Origin: Hormiphora californensis
Taxonomy: Eukaryota > Animalia > Ctenophora
Length of the DNA stretch: 64,000 nucleotides
Direction: 5' to 3'
Assembly (NCBI GenBank): GCA_020137815.1
Contig: CM035359.1
Span: forward strand, 2,294,001-2,358,000
Below, piece by piece: positions 1 through 37,792 of the stretch. The position numbers were made by a program, and so were the translations under genes. A model generated the notes under the pieces. It searched no databases. It saw only the letters and a list, made by a program, of their open reading frames with translations, and was not told where the DNA came from. Within the stretch, counting starts at the first letter, position 1, and each line of letters begins with the position of its first letter.

Positions 1-57
1 TAAATGGTGTGTGTTAGAAAAACCAAAAAGGGATTTAGATGATCAAGACAAGGTGTA

Positions 58-1295
58 TTATAACATTCCCCTAATTTCTGCAAACACTTGCCTGGCAATA
101 ACTTTAGCAGCCTCAAATGCGAGAAAATTGGGCTCGTGTGGGTGAGTAGGAAGCTGGTTCCCCTGTATTTCAGTCCCTTCATCATTCGTGGTTAATCGTG
201 CACGACAACCAATATCAGGCCTCTCTTGACAATACCTAATGGGAGATGGAGATAGTAAATATTAGGATTGGGAGAAGGGCTAGGGAAAGGATAAAACTGC
301 ATGTTAAAGAAATGGCATTATTTGTTGAAGCCTTAATCGAACAATGAACATAATATGATATCTATTAATGGAGCATCAAATTATTGTCAACTCACCAGTA
401 TCTGACGCATCTGTCTGATAGCTTTTTCCTCTTTTCATGGACATAGATGAAGCCAAGGATCCCTAGCTGCCGACCTCCCTTCCTTCCATACAAGTGGTGA
501 ATTTTAACTTTAGTTGGGTCACTGATATCGCCTGAAAAGAGTTTTATTAAGTAATGTGCATGTAAAAACTAAAAACATTCATGTTTGCCACATAACATTC
601 TTATCTACTATTCTAATCTACTATAAACAAACATTAATTCTGTTGGTCACGCCTATAACTTCGAACTTGGGTAATGGGGCTTTACTCGCTATCTCCCCCT
701 TATTAGGGGCTTCTATCACGCTAAGGCTCTCCAAATAATTTAGTTTGAATCACGGAAACCCGCTTCGGGTGTCCGAACTACACTGCAGTACACGCAGCAC
801 ACATACGGTAACTGAGAAATACTTCTCTCTCCCTCTATCTAAAGACATCATTGAGGCAGTGCAACTTACATTCTTGGGTCTCTGATGTTGAAGTACTGCT
901 CGCTGCAACACTATCATCAATGCGGGGTTCACTGTCATTTATATCAATATCTGCTTCTGTTACTGAAAAAGTTTACAATATTAATAACAAGCAATAAAAT
1001 TTGAAGCATATATCAAAAATGTTTCAATTTCAACTTGTGGGAATGCAGTAGGTTTGAACATACCAATCATTGCTGTGTCCAGATCAAGAACTGTAGAAGA
1101 AAAGCCAGGCAAAGAAAAATCCATGTGGTCCGACTCCAAGTTAGAATGAACTGATGCATGGTACGGCTGTAAACTGATGTAGGAGTCCTCTAGAGGGTCA
1201 AATCCTAGAGACTGTGGCGAGCTTGGAACAACGGCAAATGGGTCTTGGCCCGAACCATCGGTATCAATATTGGATAGCAATTCAGTAAAGCTCAT
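58..1295 (-). CDS. Spliced FLYWCH zinc-finger protein gene (host gene or MULE-transposase-related)
   Basis: Exons 531-396 and 235-58 splice (TG|gtgagt ... ag|G) into GRKGGRQLGILGFIYVHEKRKKLSDRCVRYWYCQERPDIGCRARLTTNDEGTEIQGNQLPTHPHEP, which fits the FLYWCH pattern (G-F-x-Y...YW-x-C-x6-C...H-x-H). Acidic first exon 1295-1064 (ATT G|gtatgt). Middle exons (~963-650) not resolved. Confidence 0.7.
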
Positions 1296-1427
1296 TGAGA
1301 AAAGTTTTTAAAACAGATAGCTGCAGGTAGTAAGCCTGAGTTTGATTTATATACCAAGTTGAGTCAATTATTCATTGAAATCGAAGTCGGATACCAGACC
1401 CCCTCCATTCAATGTTTAGACACCCCA

Positions 1428-1637
1428 TCTAGCTACTCTTGCTGACTAGAACCCAATTTATTTCTAGTCCCCGCCGGATCAAGTAGCTAGCTGAGGACTC
1501 CCCGGCTAGCTACTTGATCCCAATTATTCATTTATACACTCTGATTAGCTACTTGATCGGTGATCCCAGACCCAATCTATTTGTACATTTTGACTAGCTA
1601 CTTGATCCCAATTTATTCATTCACTTTGACTAGCTAC
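1428..1637. repeat. Cluster of tagctacttgatccc-type short repeats
   Basis: About 6 imperfect copies, one inverted (gatcaagtagcta near 1477), just upstream of the FLYWCH ATG. Confidence 0.6.
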
Positions 1638-2127
1638 CATATATTATGAAACTGCTTCATTTGGTTCTCAAAATTATTTAGTGTGTACACTGTACCTTAA
1701 TATGCATTATATGTACAACATACCACTGGTCTGTATGGCGTCGGAATCACGGAAAAATACGACCATATACAGACTGGGCTGAGAAAGATATTTGGTCTGT
1801 ATGGCGTCGTTTTGTCGGGTATATACGACTCCATACAGATTCGGTATGGTGTCGGTCTGTATGGTGTCGTTCTGTATAGTGTCGGTCTGTATGTAGGGAG
1901 CGCACTGAGAATCAAATGGGGTATGGCGCCGCCATACAGCATTGGCCTGACAGAGCTTTCAAGCTCATGACTCATCACGTGGTTCAAGTTTCAAGGCACT
2001 TGCGAGGTATAATGACATTTAGCAAGACCTCGCTAGATTCGCAACCTAAAAGTGTAGTGAAACGTCTGCCAGTTATACTTGAATCCCTACACAGGTCGGT
2101 CCAACATCAATGAATCGTCATGACTAT

Positions 2128-2308
2128 CACGGTCGCTTGTAGTGGGAAAACGGTAATGGAAAACGAAGATACAGTAAGACGACGCGCAACCGTGACCAAT
2201 CAGGGCGCTAGTACGTGCTGACACATGAACTTTTTGCCGCGTGTTATGCACCGTGCGCGTCTCCTTACCGTATTTTGCGTTACCGTATTTTGACTGCAAG
2301 CAGCACTG
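2128..2308. mobile_element. CACTA/EnSpm-like MITE, copy 1
   Basis: Imperfect TIR cacggtcgcttgtagt / gactgcaagcagcactg with 3-bp TSD tat. A second copy lies at 36208-36388. Confidence 0.75.
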
Positions 2309-2413
2309 TATGAGCATGTTGGTGAATGTTCAAGTTGAGTATTTACGACCAACTAGTCTACATTGTCTGGTTTGTCTACCGTTTCTTGCATATTGGTTGA
2401 TATATTATGACGG

Positions 2414-2517
2414 TCGTGTGGTTGATAAGGTAACCACCAACCGTGTGGTTGCTATGGTAACCACTAACCGTGTGGTTGCTATGGTAACCACTAACCGTGT
2501 GGTTGCTATGGTAACCA
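2414..2517. repeat. 27-bp minisatellite (cgtgtggttgctatggtaaccactaac) x~4
   Basis: Direct tandem copies visible. Confidence 0.9.
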
Positions 2518-4430
2518 GTAGACTTATATTGTAATGGTAATTACTATGCATAACTAAATATGTACCAGTAGGGCCATGAGAAGGATGGTTGGTGGGGGCA
2601 TGAATTTCTTCCCGAATTCAATAATCGCGTGGGTACATCTCCCCATCTTGAAGTTAAGCAGCAGTAGTAGGTCTTCTGGAGAGAGCTAGACAAGGTTCAA
2701 AAAATGAAAATACGGCTTTGAACACAAACTGATCATTTTCTGTCTGGCGGCGCCAGACCCCGCTTTGATTCTCAAATCAGTGAGCTCGGATCGGGTCGGC
2801 GCCGCCTCTAGCCAGACAGATCATTCTGGAATTTGGTGCTTGAAATTAGCGAAAGTCTAAAAATTTGATCTAGATATCAGAAAACAGAGATGAGTTGTTG
2901 GTCTGCCGAAAGAGTTAAACTACCTGACGGTATACCTATAACTAACTGACAAAATCAGAAGATTCAGGTCATTGCGGAAAGTGTAAACATATATTCCGGG
3001 AAAAAGTGAAACCACACCAGGAATGCTTGTTCACTACTGGTAAATGTCTGTGTCAGCTTTCTAACACACTAGTTAGTACAGTCCTAACAGGAAGATGGTC
3101 CTGATATGTGTAAGCTCTAGAATTGCTAGCATGTCTAGCAGACATGTTTATATAGGTCATGTCATCGGTAGTACGGACTCAAGATCAAGAGTCAAGACAT
3201 GCATCCAGTGAGTGACCCAGTGTTGTCAACACTGTTGAGTAAAATAAAGTCGGAAGAGCACTGTCTGGTGGCGCCATACACCAATTTAACAGTGCTCTCA
3301 GATTCGATGGGGTCGGTGGCGCCAGACACTAGACAGGCAAACTGGTCTGGCCCTATTTCGTGGACAGACTCAGAGCATTGGCGGGGCCTGACAGGAACTC
3401 AGACTACAATTGACCCTATTCTCGCGAGAACAGCGGTCAAAGTATTGGCCTGCCAGGATATATAAATTGTATCTGCAGTGTTCCCAGACAATTCACACAT
3501 GTGGTAGTCTCTTCCGACTCACAGCTACATCATGGCTATCCGAGTTCACTTACTACATGTATCAAATCTCATGTGATGGACGTGACTCAACAAACCTTTC
3601 CCATGCAGACCATGATGGTGAAGACACATGTGAACGATTTGATCTAATCTATGAAACCCCTCCCTTAGTAGCCAACTCTGTACATATTTTGTCCCCCTGT
3701 CCGATTCAGCAAGCACCAACTCGGCTCCCCATTCCTCGCATTCGATTGGTTGTTGAAGATCACGCGGTGCTTCCTGATTGGTTGTTTGCTGTCACGTGAT
3801 ATTGATGGTGTCCTCTGATTGGTCGGTTGGTTTGATGTGAGGTCACCACAAGAGCTTGTATGTGTAGACGTGGTGCACTGGGGTGGCCAAGCTGGGGAGG
3901 ACTCTCTGTTTGACCCTTTGGTTGTCGCTCACCCCCTTGATCTAGACTACTTGACGTGCGAATTCAGGGGAACCCTGTGAATTTTCTTCGACATTCTTCC
4001 ATGAATTTCGAATGAATCTTTGAATTCGTATTTCGTATGTTGTTCAATTCAGTTAAATCTAGAATCCTGTCCTTGCCGAATCCTGTCCTTGACCAGACTT
4101 TGGTTCGGTACGAGTTAGGGGCCATGAAAATAACATTTCGAGGTGCAGTTCTTAGGCTTGTCCTTTTTCGCTGATCCATATATTTCTCCGCTGCCACTCG
4201 CATCCCTCTGCCCATCCTCTTAGTTCTCACCTTATATCTACTCCATCTCAATCTAGCTGCCACCTAGTCCTCTTCTTCTCTACAGTATCATATCGCCCCT
4301 CCCCCCATCCTCCTACTTTACTCCTATCCCTCCCCATCCTCCTAGTAGTAATCCTCGATCTGCCACCGCCCACCTCTGACGTCACTCATATCACGTGATA
4401 TTAAGGTGGTCTCGTAGTAGTACAGTGCAC

Positions 4431-4444
4431 GCTCTCTCCCTCTC

Positions 4445-4507
<63 letters not shown>

Positions 4508-4744
4508 CTCTCACATAGTTCGAATATATTATAACACGTTACGTGCATGTGCTATACACAAACATAATCGTCTGTTTCTCTCGAGATCATGATCATCTTG
4601 GCGGAGATTTACAGTGCAGCTCCTTGAAAACGATCCCCCCTATCAAACTGCTTCATTTTCATTTCAAACGGTTGTGTAATAACTTGTGTTTGTGGCGCTT
4701 TGAGTTAGGTTTTTAAATGATAATCGTGTTCAAAGATCGCGTAT

Positions 4745-4812
<68 letters not shown>
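4431..4812. repeat. Two (CT)n microsatellites; similar (CT)/(GA) tracts at 7406, 13700, 15860, 16126, 33183, 45738, 52027, 55070, 55378
   Basis: Dinucleotide runs visible. They generate the spurious RERE/SLSL ORFs in the track. Confidence 0.95.
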
Positions 4813-4814
<2 letters not shown>

Positions 4815-5216
4815 ATCTCCTTATGGTGGTACAGATATTGCTTTGAGTTCGGTTTTTAAAGTCGTCCCCTTCGATCATTTTTCTCTTTCGATTGATCATG
4901 TCTCGCCGCATATTAGCATTTTTAACTCAATGGTTTTTTTGAAATGATGTTCGTTCGTCGCTTTGGTAACTCAGCTTTTTGAATGAAATTGAAATATTCG
5001 GAGAATATAACTTGGATTTAAACAAGGAGGATCAAGAACCAATAGTGTGCTACGCAGACAGTCATCGGCTCTTATCTGGATGAACATGTCTATTATCGTC
5101 ATTGCCATGCAGGTCATCGAGTTTTTGAGATGATTGTCAGACTGTGACCTCAATCATTTAGTTGAATGTATTGTCTAAATTGGATTGATAGGCTCCGTGG
5201 TGATATATCTGTCATC

Positions 5217-5325
5217 CAGGAACCGACCGAATCAGGAAATACTGGTCCCTGATTGGCTGATAACCAGTCACGTGACCTAAATAACGAGTTCTGATTGGTT
5301 GTTTACTTGTTTCGGTCGGTTCCTG
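5217..5325. mobile_element. 109-bp hAT-type MITE
   Basis: TIR caggaaccgaccgaa / ttcggtcggttcctg and perfect 8-bp TSD ctgtcatc. Confidence 0.9.
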
Positions 5326-5519
5326 CTGTCATCTATATCGGCTCCGAAATGATGCTTATCATTTCTTATCTGTCCTACTCCTTTCAGTTAATATACCAGT
5401 ATGCCTCGAATACTAATTAGTTAATTGTGCTGAGAGACTGGATAAGCAATTACCAATTAATTGCTAATTAATTAATTATCCCTCCCATTTCCCACTGGCA
5501 GTTCAGATGCTATTGAAAG

Positions 5520-29159
<23,640 letters not shown>

Positions 29160-29744
29160 TGCTCTTTTCAAGCTCTTAACCAACTATAATTGCTACTCAT
29201 TGTTTTACTCGAAATGAACCGCCGCACCGGGTGTTATACCCCCGAACGTGATGAAAGACAGGATGTTTCGCAGCTAGGAGATCATGGACTTGAAATATAT
29301 AGACCCAATGCATGTGTTGCAGCAATGGTGATGATGTCATTGCATGATTATGACGTCACTGATTTTATCTCTCACTATAATCATTTCACAGACAATCTAT
29401 ACCACGGGGAATGTTTTTATTTTTTTTATCTAGGAACAACAGCCGGACCTCGATTTACCGGAACTTAGATTTACCGGAACATAAATTATCGAAAACCTTT
29501 CCCGGTCCCCCAGCTGTAGTAGTAGTCCATGGTAAATCGAGGTTTGGTTGAAACTAGCTGATATGGGAGACCAGAACGTGTGCATGGTTTTTTAAAATAC
29601 GTTTAGCTTGCTTTCAGAGAGAGAAAGAGTGCATCTCTCAGAGAGAGAGGATGATATTGAACAAGTGGTATATGTTTTATATCCTGATTTTGTTCCGCAC
29701 CATGGGTAGCCACGTGTTTTGGCCTGTGTTCTATTCCAAGTCAC

Positions 29745-31830
29745 CACCCCTCCTACACCCGCCGCTCCCATCCCCCACCCGCCCCTCCCATCCCCCACCC
29801 CTCCTACACCCGCCCCTCCCATCCCCCACCCGCCCCTCCACCCACCCCTCCTACAATCGCACCTCCTACACCCGCCCCTCCTACACCCGCCCCTCCTACA
29901 CCCGCTCCTCCCATCCCCCACCCATCCTCTCCCACAAACGCCCCTCACATCCCCCACCCACCCCTCCACCCACCCCTCCTACTGCACTCGTCCCTCCCAT
30001 CCCACACCCGCCCCTCCCATCCCCCACCCACCCCTCCACCCACCCCTCCTACTGCACCCGCCCCTCCCATCCCCCACCCGCCCCTCCACCCACCCCTCCT
30101 ACTGCACCCGCCCCTCTCATCCCCCACCATCGGTACCCGCCCTCCCTGCCGACGGACCTCCCTGCCGACGGGTCGGCAGGGAGGTCATTCGGCAGGGAGG
30201 GCGGGATATAGGGGTATGAAACCCGATAGTTTATTTATCAGTCGTTTGAACATTTTACGCGCACACGTTAACTGCGAGATGGGGGATTTAACACCCTGCT
30301 CGCTCTTTATCAGACCAGTGCCCATTTTCAAGCGTTTCTCTTCATTTCCATAACATGCGTGTAAATTTCCAAGTAATGAAAATGTGTGTAAACACACAGT
30401 TCTGTCAATAACAGAGAGGGGAACACATCTGCAACACTTTTCAATGTTATCTCTCTCATCAAGAGGCAAAATAGTCGCATTCCATTCGTTTCTCTCTCTC
30501 ATTCTCTCTTTTACTGTTCAATATCTCTCACTGTGTGTTTTGCCCCTAATCTTTCTCTCTCTTTCTCAAACATGTTAGGAACAGTAGACACTAAGTCTAC
30601 ACACATTTTGAGAGTGTCTGTTGACTATTTGCCAGTAGTCCTTGTGTGTTACCCCTTGTGTTGTGTCTCTTATTTGTGTGTAATTACTATCGGGTTTCAT
30701 AAACTATGAACGTTTGTTAGGCTATCGCGTTATAGGTTTTAAATCACCTCCCCCTCACCCTCGGCTGGCGCCTCGGGATCGGCGTCGGGATTTAAACCAG
30801 TTTAATCGCCCTGCCGGGCGATTAAACTCCAGTTGGCTGTCCCCAGCTCGCGCTGGGAACAGCCAACTTGATAACGCGCCAGTCTACAAACGTTCATAGT
30901 TCATATAATGTCCTACGTGCCGACGAGATTGGGATGAGATCGCCGTCGGCACGTAGGACATTTGACCCCTATATTCCGCCCTCCCTGCCGAAAACTCACT
31001 CCGAGAGAGTATTCGGCAGGGAGGACATTTACCCCTCCTATTCACCCTCTGTACCGACGATCGGCAGGGAGGACATTTCACCCCTCCTTTTACCCTCTGT
31101 ACCGACGATCGGTAGGGAGGGCGTTTCACTCCTTCTGTGAGCTCGAGAATTTGGCCGGCAGGCCAAATACGAAGAGTTCACTGTGTATTGTTCCTCTGAG
31201 TATCGTTAGGGATAGGGTTAGGGTTAGGGTTAGGGTTAGGGTTAGGGCGGTGGTTAGGGTTAGGGTTAGGGTGGTGGTTAGGGCGGTGGTTAGGGTGATG
31301 GTTAGGGCGATGGTTTGGGCTAAGTTTGGGTTATGGTTTCGTCGGCACAGAGGGTGAAAAGGAGGGGTAAATGTCCTCCCTGCCGATCGTCGGTAGTGAG
31401 GCTGAAAAGGAGGGGTAAATGTCCTCCCTGCCGACGGCCCTACTTGCCGATCGTCGGTACAGAGGGTAAAAGGAGGGGTAAAATGTCCTCCCTGCCGATC
31501 GTCGGTACAGAGGGTAAAAGGAGGGGTAAAATGTCCTCCCTGCCGACCCGTCGGCAGGGAGGGGGTGACTCCTCCTACACCCGCCCCTCCCATCCTACAC
31601 CCTCCCATCCCCCACCCGCCCCTCCACCCACCCCTTCTACAATCGCCCCTCCCATCCCCCACCCCTCCTACACCCGCCCCTCCCATCCCCCACCCCTCCC
31701 ATCCCCACCCCTCCTACAATCGCCCATCCCATCCCCACCCATCCTACAATCGCCCATCCCATCCCCACCCATCCTACAACCGCCCCTCCCATCCCACACC
31801 CCTCCTACACCAGCCCCTCCCATCGCACCT
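29745..31830. repeat. C-rich minisatellite (cctcctacacccgcccctcccatcccccacc) split by a ~1.4-kb composite inverted-repeat element (~30138-31565)
   Basis: Same unit on both sides. The insert is built from ccctgccgac/gtcggcaggg inverted motifs, with an inner IR pair tatgaaacccgatag (~30214) / ctatcgggtttcata (~30687). Confidence 0.7.
31206..31333 (+). repeat. Interstitial telomere-like (TTAGGG)n, degenerate
   Basis: gttagggttagggttagg... mixed with gtggttagg variants. Confidence 0.85.
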
Positions 31831-33180
31831 AACTAACCTACCCATGTTTTAGTCTGAACAGAGGTGTGGTACTCTTATTGAGTACTTATTGAGTACTCTT
31901 ATTGAGTACTCTTATTGAGTACTGAATGATATTGGATTGGATGATATATACTGACTGACTTGGTGACGCAGTGAATACTGAATAGAGATGGCAATATCAC
32001 CAACTGGCCGACTGGATCCGGCCTTGGATGAGGATTAATAAGGTACAGTTTAAAATAAACAATCTCTGTTGTTTTAGTATGGTTTTGTGATTTAGAGAAC
32101 ACTTTTCAGTCTCTGATCCCACTTGGAAATTGTTCTAGAATAATGAACAAAGTTCTAGTAGAACTAGTACTACTAAAATATATCCAGGTTCTAGCAGTAC
32201 TTATAGTGGGCCCGTTCCGGTGCGAGAACTATAATCGATACCAAGGAGCTGGAAGGAAATCATTATAATCGCGAGAGTTCCGGGGCACCGCGATTATAAT
32301 ATTCCAATATATGTATTGACCTGCTGTTATATATCGCGCAATATGAGTGGTTTTCAGTAATATGTAAAATGGTTTCCGCTGGTGCACTCGAATAATTCAT
32401 ATATGTATTGAATAATGTGTCGCGTTGTTTTTTTTTATATGTAAATTCGGTTCTTGACTTCCTTGTCTCAGTTATTATAGCACCCCACAGCCTAACTGCT
32501 AAACTTTTTGCAATAGCCTTGCTTATTGATCACTTACGCACAAGTTACAGATTGATACCCTGATATCAGGGCACGGCGCGTTCCTGCATGCCCGGCCATC
32601 ATGTGCAGATGGTTCTGTGGGAACCACGCGACATTGCTGCGCGTCGCGTAAATTGAATGGAAAGTAGTACTAACGCGCACGTCAGCACTCACTTGCTTGC
32701 CGACCTTGGGAACTGCCGAGCTTGGGAACTGGTGCCTGGGAATCTCTAACTGGTGCCCTAAAGTTCACTGTTCAAAGCCCAACCATATTCTGCTTTCAGA
32801 ATAAAATGTAAGTAAATGAAATTTGCCATTGCTTTCTCCAGATAGAAATAGTTAGGAGGTTGGCGACTCTCGTAAATAATTGTCTAAGCATTTATGCTTA
32901 AATGTTATAGATCTTATGTCATCCACTGATCTGACGTATGTTTACATTTTTAGGATTTTTACTAACTTCAAACATTTCCAAGGAAGTTCTTCGGCCATGT
33001 ATTTGAGCTTCGGTAGTTGCAATTGGATTGGTATTTTCCTTGTGTGTGTGGTACTGTCCATTCAATTTCAATAGCATTATGGCATCTCGGTAGACAGAAA
33101 ACCTCAAAACCACATAGTAAACAATATAATTAATCCTCGAGTAAACTATTACAGACTTTACTATGTGGGCCGGATGATTT

Positions 33181-33215
<35 letters not shown>

Positions 33216-36207
33216 GAGAGTTCTACATTTTATTGTACAGACGACGCCCTTACTATTTCCGATGATCTTGTTCCTCTTGGTTTAAATCAACTAACATCAG
33301 TATTATTTATTAGCCTATAATTAGGAGCAATAATATTATGTTTTTCTATATTGCACAACACTGATAACAGCTGTTATACGTAAATTGGAAGTTTTCATAT
33401 TGAGATGCTGCATTCTTTTTATAGACCTAGGGTGCCCCTGAAGACGGTTAGAGGGAGACTGAGAGAGAAAGGAAGACAGAAACAGAGAGAGAGTGAGAGA
33501 ATGGGAGACTGAAGCATGGTTATTCACCTGCACTGAGAGGGAGATCAGAGAAAGAAAGAGAGACTGAGACAGAGTCACAAAAACTGAGATTGAGAGAAGC
33601 TGGTCGGGGGTTTACATGTTCTAATATTGATCCAATATATGCAGAATACAGCTCAGATCTGCAGCTTGCAGCTGTTTCTAATGCGTCACAATCATTATAC
33701 AAGACTTATAACGATCATATAATAATGATCTCTTCTTGGCATCCCCTCCCACTTGCACTTTGTTGAGTAAGGGCTGGCGGAGAAGTAAACAACTTGCAAT
33801 GTAAATTTATAACTGGGTGCTCCATATGGCTCTATATAGTACTTGATGAATCTCCCTGTATACAAGATCTACCTAGCAATATAATAGTTAGTACTTGTTG
33901 AATCTTAACCTAGCGATATCTAGCGACAATTAGATTACATTACTCGAAAGTAGTTGATGAGTAAGGACAAGAAAGTAGAGCACTTTCGACTATTTGTATA
34001 TCCTATCAGCCGTCCTATCAGCCATGTGAACTGAACCTACGCCGTGCTTCTAGCTACTGGAATACTGGTTACTGTCAGGCCAATGCTATGACCGATCCTC
34101 GCACGCTCCTTATTTGAAAGACATGAGAATAGGGACAGGCCAATGCTCTGGCAGACTGGACACTGGTCGCCCTAAAACCTGTCAGGCCAATGCTCTGACC
34201 ACAGTTCTCGAAACGAGAATGGGTCAGGCCAATGCTCTGACAGCCTAAAACAGAACTGCTATTCTTTTCGGTTAACAGGGCCCTAATTCAGCGAATTGTT
34301 AGTAAGACAGCTGCCTATCAAACCTCGTTGTAACAATTCTGAAGTCCTCAATAATTACTGAAAACACAGCTGTGTATTGATTGCTGTAATTTTAGGCGTG
34401 TTCTGAAAGCTTCTGTAGAATTCAATAACTTCTGAACTGCGTCCCAGCTTTACAACCCCATGATTTAAATGATCTAACAGCGATTAGACATGGAACCAAG
34501 TGGCGCAATATTTGTTTACCCCCCCCCCCCACAATTACTTAGGTCATCATCATATTAAAGACACACCTCCTATAACGTGTGTTAGATCAGTGATCATCTG
34601 GCCCTAAACCATTTTACTAATGTCTGCACTACGCATGACGTATGCTTCCATGACGGCGCTTCAGATTCGATTAGAGCAACAACTGATCTTTTGTGATTCT
34701 TTATAACTGGGCTATAATTATCTGTCCCCGTTATGACATCACCCCCAATTTTACCAAGTGGACATACTTACAGCTTTTAAACAGTCATGCAGATCATACA
34801 CCCTTATTATGCTTGCCCTCGGCCTCATTATGGTCTACAGAGCTGGATCTCGATCACATCTGCGGCCTTTGTATAAATCAGAATATAATACTCGTTATCA
34901 ATGGTTGGGTATTATACTTGTTATGTATGGTCTTAGACCATTGGTCTAAAACCGATCTGGATCTACTCAACAAGATCTGGAGAGTGGAGACCCACGTATT
35001 TTATGAATATAAAGAGTATTCCCAAATAGAGCAATTGTTATGTGTGTCACTCAGTATACTCCTTACTCAGGTTATGATGATGATGCATCACCCATAATTT
35101 GTCCCTAGCGGGTTTTTATAGTATGATTATGATGCAGAGTTTTGCTTGTAGAGATCATTAGTGATTCGAGGGAAAATATCAAGCTATTGTTTGTTGTGTG
35201 GGCCGGGGGTCAGGAAAATCTGACAAGCTTTTGTATTTTAGACTAATGATATATCTGATTATCTGTCTGGCTCTCTGCACGGGTCAGGATCCCATTATAT
35301 ATGGCCCTTGATAGCTCTGACTTGTTGTTAAAAAGTTTAAACCCCCGGTAATTTCCTGTCTCGCCACCAGTACACTCTGTAGATTAGGATCGACCACACC
35401 AATGCTCTCTGCACCTTTCAGCTTTGTGATTGTCCCATGATGTCCTTTAATATATAGCATTGCCTTGCTCGACTTTCTCTCAACCATGAATATTATAATA
35501 GACGAGTAATAAAGTATGTAACAACAACAAATTATATCTCATTAATTTCAGTTTCCAAGAAACACAATATTACGATATTGCAATAATATTGTTATAATTA
35601 GGGCCCAGTGAGTCAGAGTAGTTGGCGTACTCCTTGAATTGTTAATGCATCTTGGCTCTTGATTGAACTCACGAAAAATACAAATAAATAGTCTACTAAT
35701 TCTTGTCTAAATAACAATAGCTGCCTTCGTTACGACAATTTATATGGAAATTTTGTGGAAACTAGACAATTCTAAGAGCTTTTGAGCCCGCTTTTGAAAA
35801 GGTTGATTGGACAGTAAATGATATTGATAGCGAGAGAAGAGAAAGGGGAGAGGGAACATTATGAGAGATAGAGAAATAATGGGGGATAAATGGTGGTTGA
35901 GGGAATCAGCGTGAGCAGCAACGCACCACCACTCACATGGTTTAAAAGTAGCCCCCCTCTTCCCATATAGCTGCCACTCCAGTCAAAAGCACCACTTTGC
36001 AGTTCAATGGCAGCTTTTAGTTTTTTTCCTGATTACATATTATATTGATACTTGTATAATAAATTACGCTTTTAGTATGGTTTGGCCTTAGTGTTAACTC
36101 AATTCGGTGACTAAAACTTCACAGACAGCAAGAATCGCGGCATGCAGTTCAAGTGGTTTTCTACAGTAATTGAATTTAGACTAAATCTCTACGAGACTGA
36201 TGACATA

Positions 36208-36388
36208 CACGGTCGCTTGTAGTGGGAAAACGGTAATGGAAAACGGAGATACAGTAAGACGACGCGCAACCGTGGCCAATCAGGGCGCTAGTACGTGCTG
36301 AACACATGCACTTTTTGCCGCGCATTATGAAACGTGCGCGTCTCATTACTGTATTTCCATTACGGTAATACGACTACAAGCAGCACTG
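36208..36388. mobile_element. CACTA/EnSpm-like MITE, copy 2
   Basis: Homologous to 2128-2308, with 3-bp TSD ata. Confidence 0.75.
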
Positions 36389-36591
36389 ATAGACTATGAA
36401 ACCCCAGTCGTCTAGATTCTTAAGCACTATCTAGACAAATCGTATGCGACAGTCCTTTTTTATTTAACTCTGGCATGTTATAGTCATTGTTCCTACAGAT
36501 CCCATACTGCTCCTATAAGGCACTAAAGTGACACCTATTTAGTACGTTAAATTAAATCTTAAAGTGCTTCCAAGCTTGGAACTATGTACTA

Positions 36592-37447
36592 CAGTCGGAC
36601 CCCGATTTAACGGCACCCTCGGGGGAAAGGGTTTTGTCCGTTAAATCGGGGTGTCCGTTAAATCGGGGTAGAGCATATTTGGCCTATAAAACCCTATTTT
36701 TGTCCAAAATGCTATACTTAAACACCTCTAAGTGTTAAATACAATGTCCATGTATTGATTACATGATCATTTCTGATTAGAAAAACAAAATAATTTTCAA
36801 AAAAGTTATAAAAATTTCAAAGGTATGTACTACCTATATCAACCACGTTCGAATCGTGTTTCGGATCAGTGCATCTTATCGCACGTCCTGTCGCTAATTA
36901 GACGGTTCGAAACGAACCGATATGTGATACCATGTCGAATCGGGGCACTTTAAGCGGGGTGAGGAAGAATTTGAATTTCAAAATATATTTTTCTCTGAAA
37001 ATTTATGGGGAGCACCGATCAAAGCATTGCCAGTCGTTCTGTAAAATTTTTCAAAAAAAGTTATGAAAATCTTTCAAAGGTATATCAACCACGTCCGAAT
37101 CGTGTTTCGGATCAGTGCATCTTATCGCACGTCCTGTCGCTAATTAGACGGTTCGAAACGAACCGATACGTGATCCCCATGGAGCCAGTTTAACAAATGT
37201 CAAAATTACGATTCGATGGGCCTCATGGGGATCATATATCTGTTCGTTTCGAACCGTCTAATTACCGGCAAGACATGCAATAAGATGCACCGATTCGAAA
37301 CACGATTCGGACGTGGTTGATACACACATTTTCAGAAAATTTCCAAAAAAATTCCAAAAAAATTTCAAAAAATTTTTGGGGGAAATTTATCCTGCCGTTA
37401 AATCGGGGTGCCGCTAAATCGGGGGCCGTTAAATCGGGGTCCGACTG
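36592..37447. mobile_element. Tc1/mariner(pogo)-like non-autonomous element
   Basis: TA|cagtcggaccccgatttaacgg ... ccgttaaatcggggtccgactg|TA, with internal direct and inverted ~100-bp repeats. Confidence 0.85.
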
Positions 37448-37792
37448 TATATATAGTAGTTTATTGAATCATTTTTTGTTGGCTTTTGTACAAAATCTAT
37501 TTTTACAGCTTTTGAATAATTCATTGTTGCAAAATTTTCACGCCTCTAATTTCCTTCTACAATTGTTTCCAATATACACTGTATATACTCCATTTTCTAC
37601 TTGTCATGTAGAGCTTTTAGTACATTATAGCGAACAGTGAACACCCATGCACCCATGATCATGACTAATGCATTTTCCTATGTATGATCTGAAGATGGTC
37701 CTTTGATGGAAGTTTCAATCAACCTTATTACCTAAATATAAAGCGACCTAAAATTCACGTATTTTTACCATAGTGTCCCAATTAACATCACA

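Noticed and set aside
3964-4263. 99-aa ORF or possible CR1-LINE 3' remnant
   Set aside because: Only a vague EKKR-type resemblance, with no convincing motif.
29592-30219. Pro-rich or Gly-rich ORFs
   Set aside because: Translations of the C-rich minisatellite in several frames, with no splice or domain support.
31206-31333. True chromosome end or fusion site
   Set aside because: Short, degenerate, single orientation and embedded in a repeat element.
32800-35500. Several 60-134-aa ORFs as a possible gene
   Set aside because: No recognisable domain or consistent exon chain could be built by eye.
37685-37720. ctgaagatggtc.. as another hammerhead
   Set aside because: Stem II and the GAAA core are not intact. 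At most a decayed remnant.
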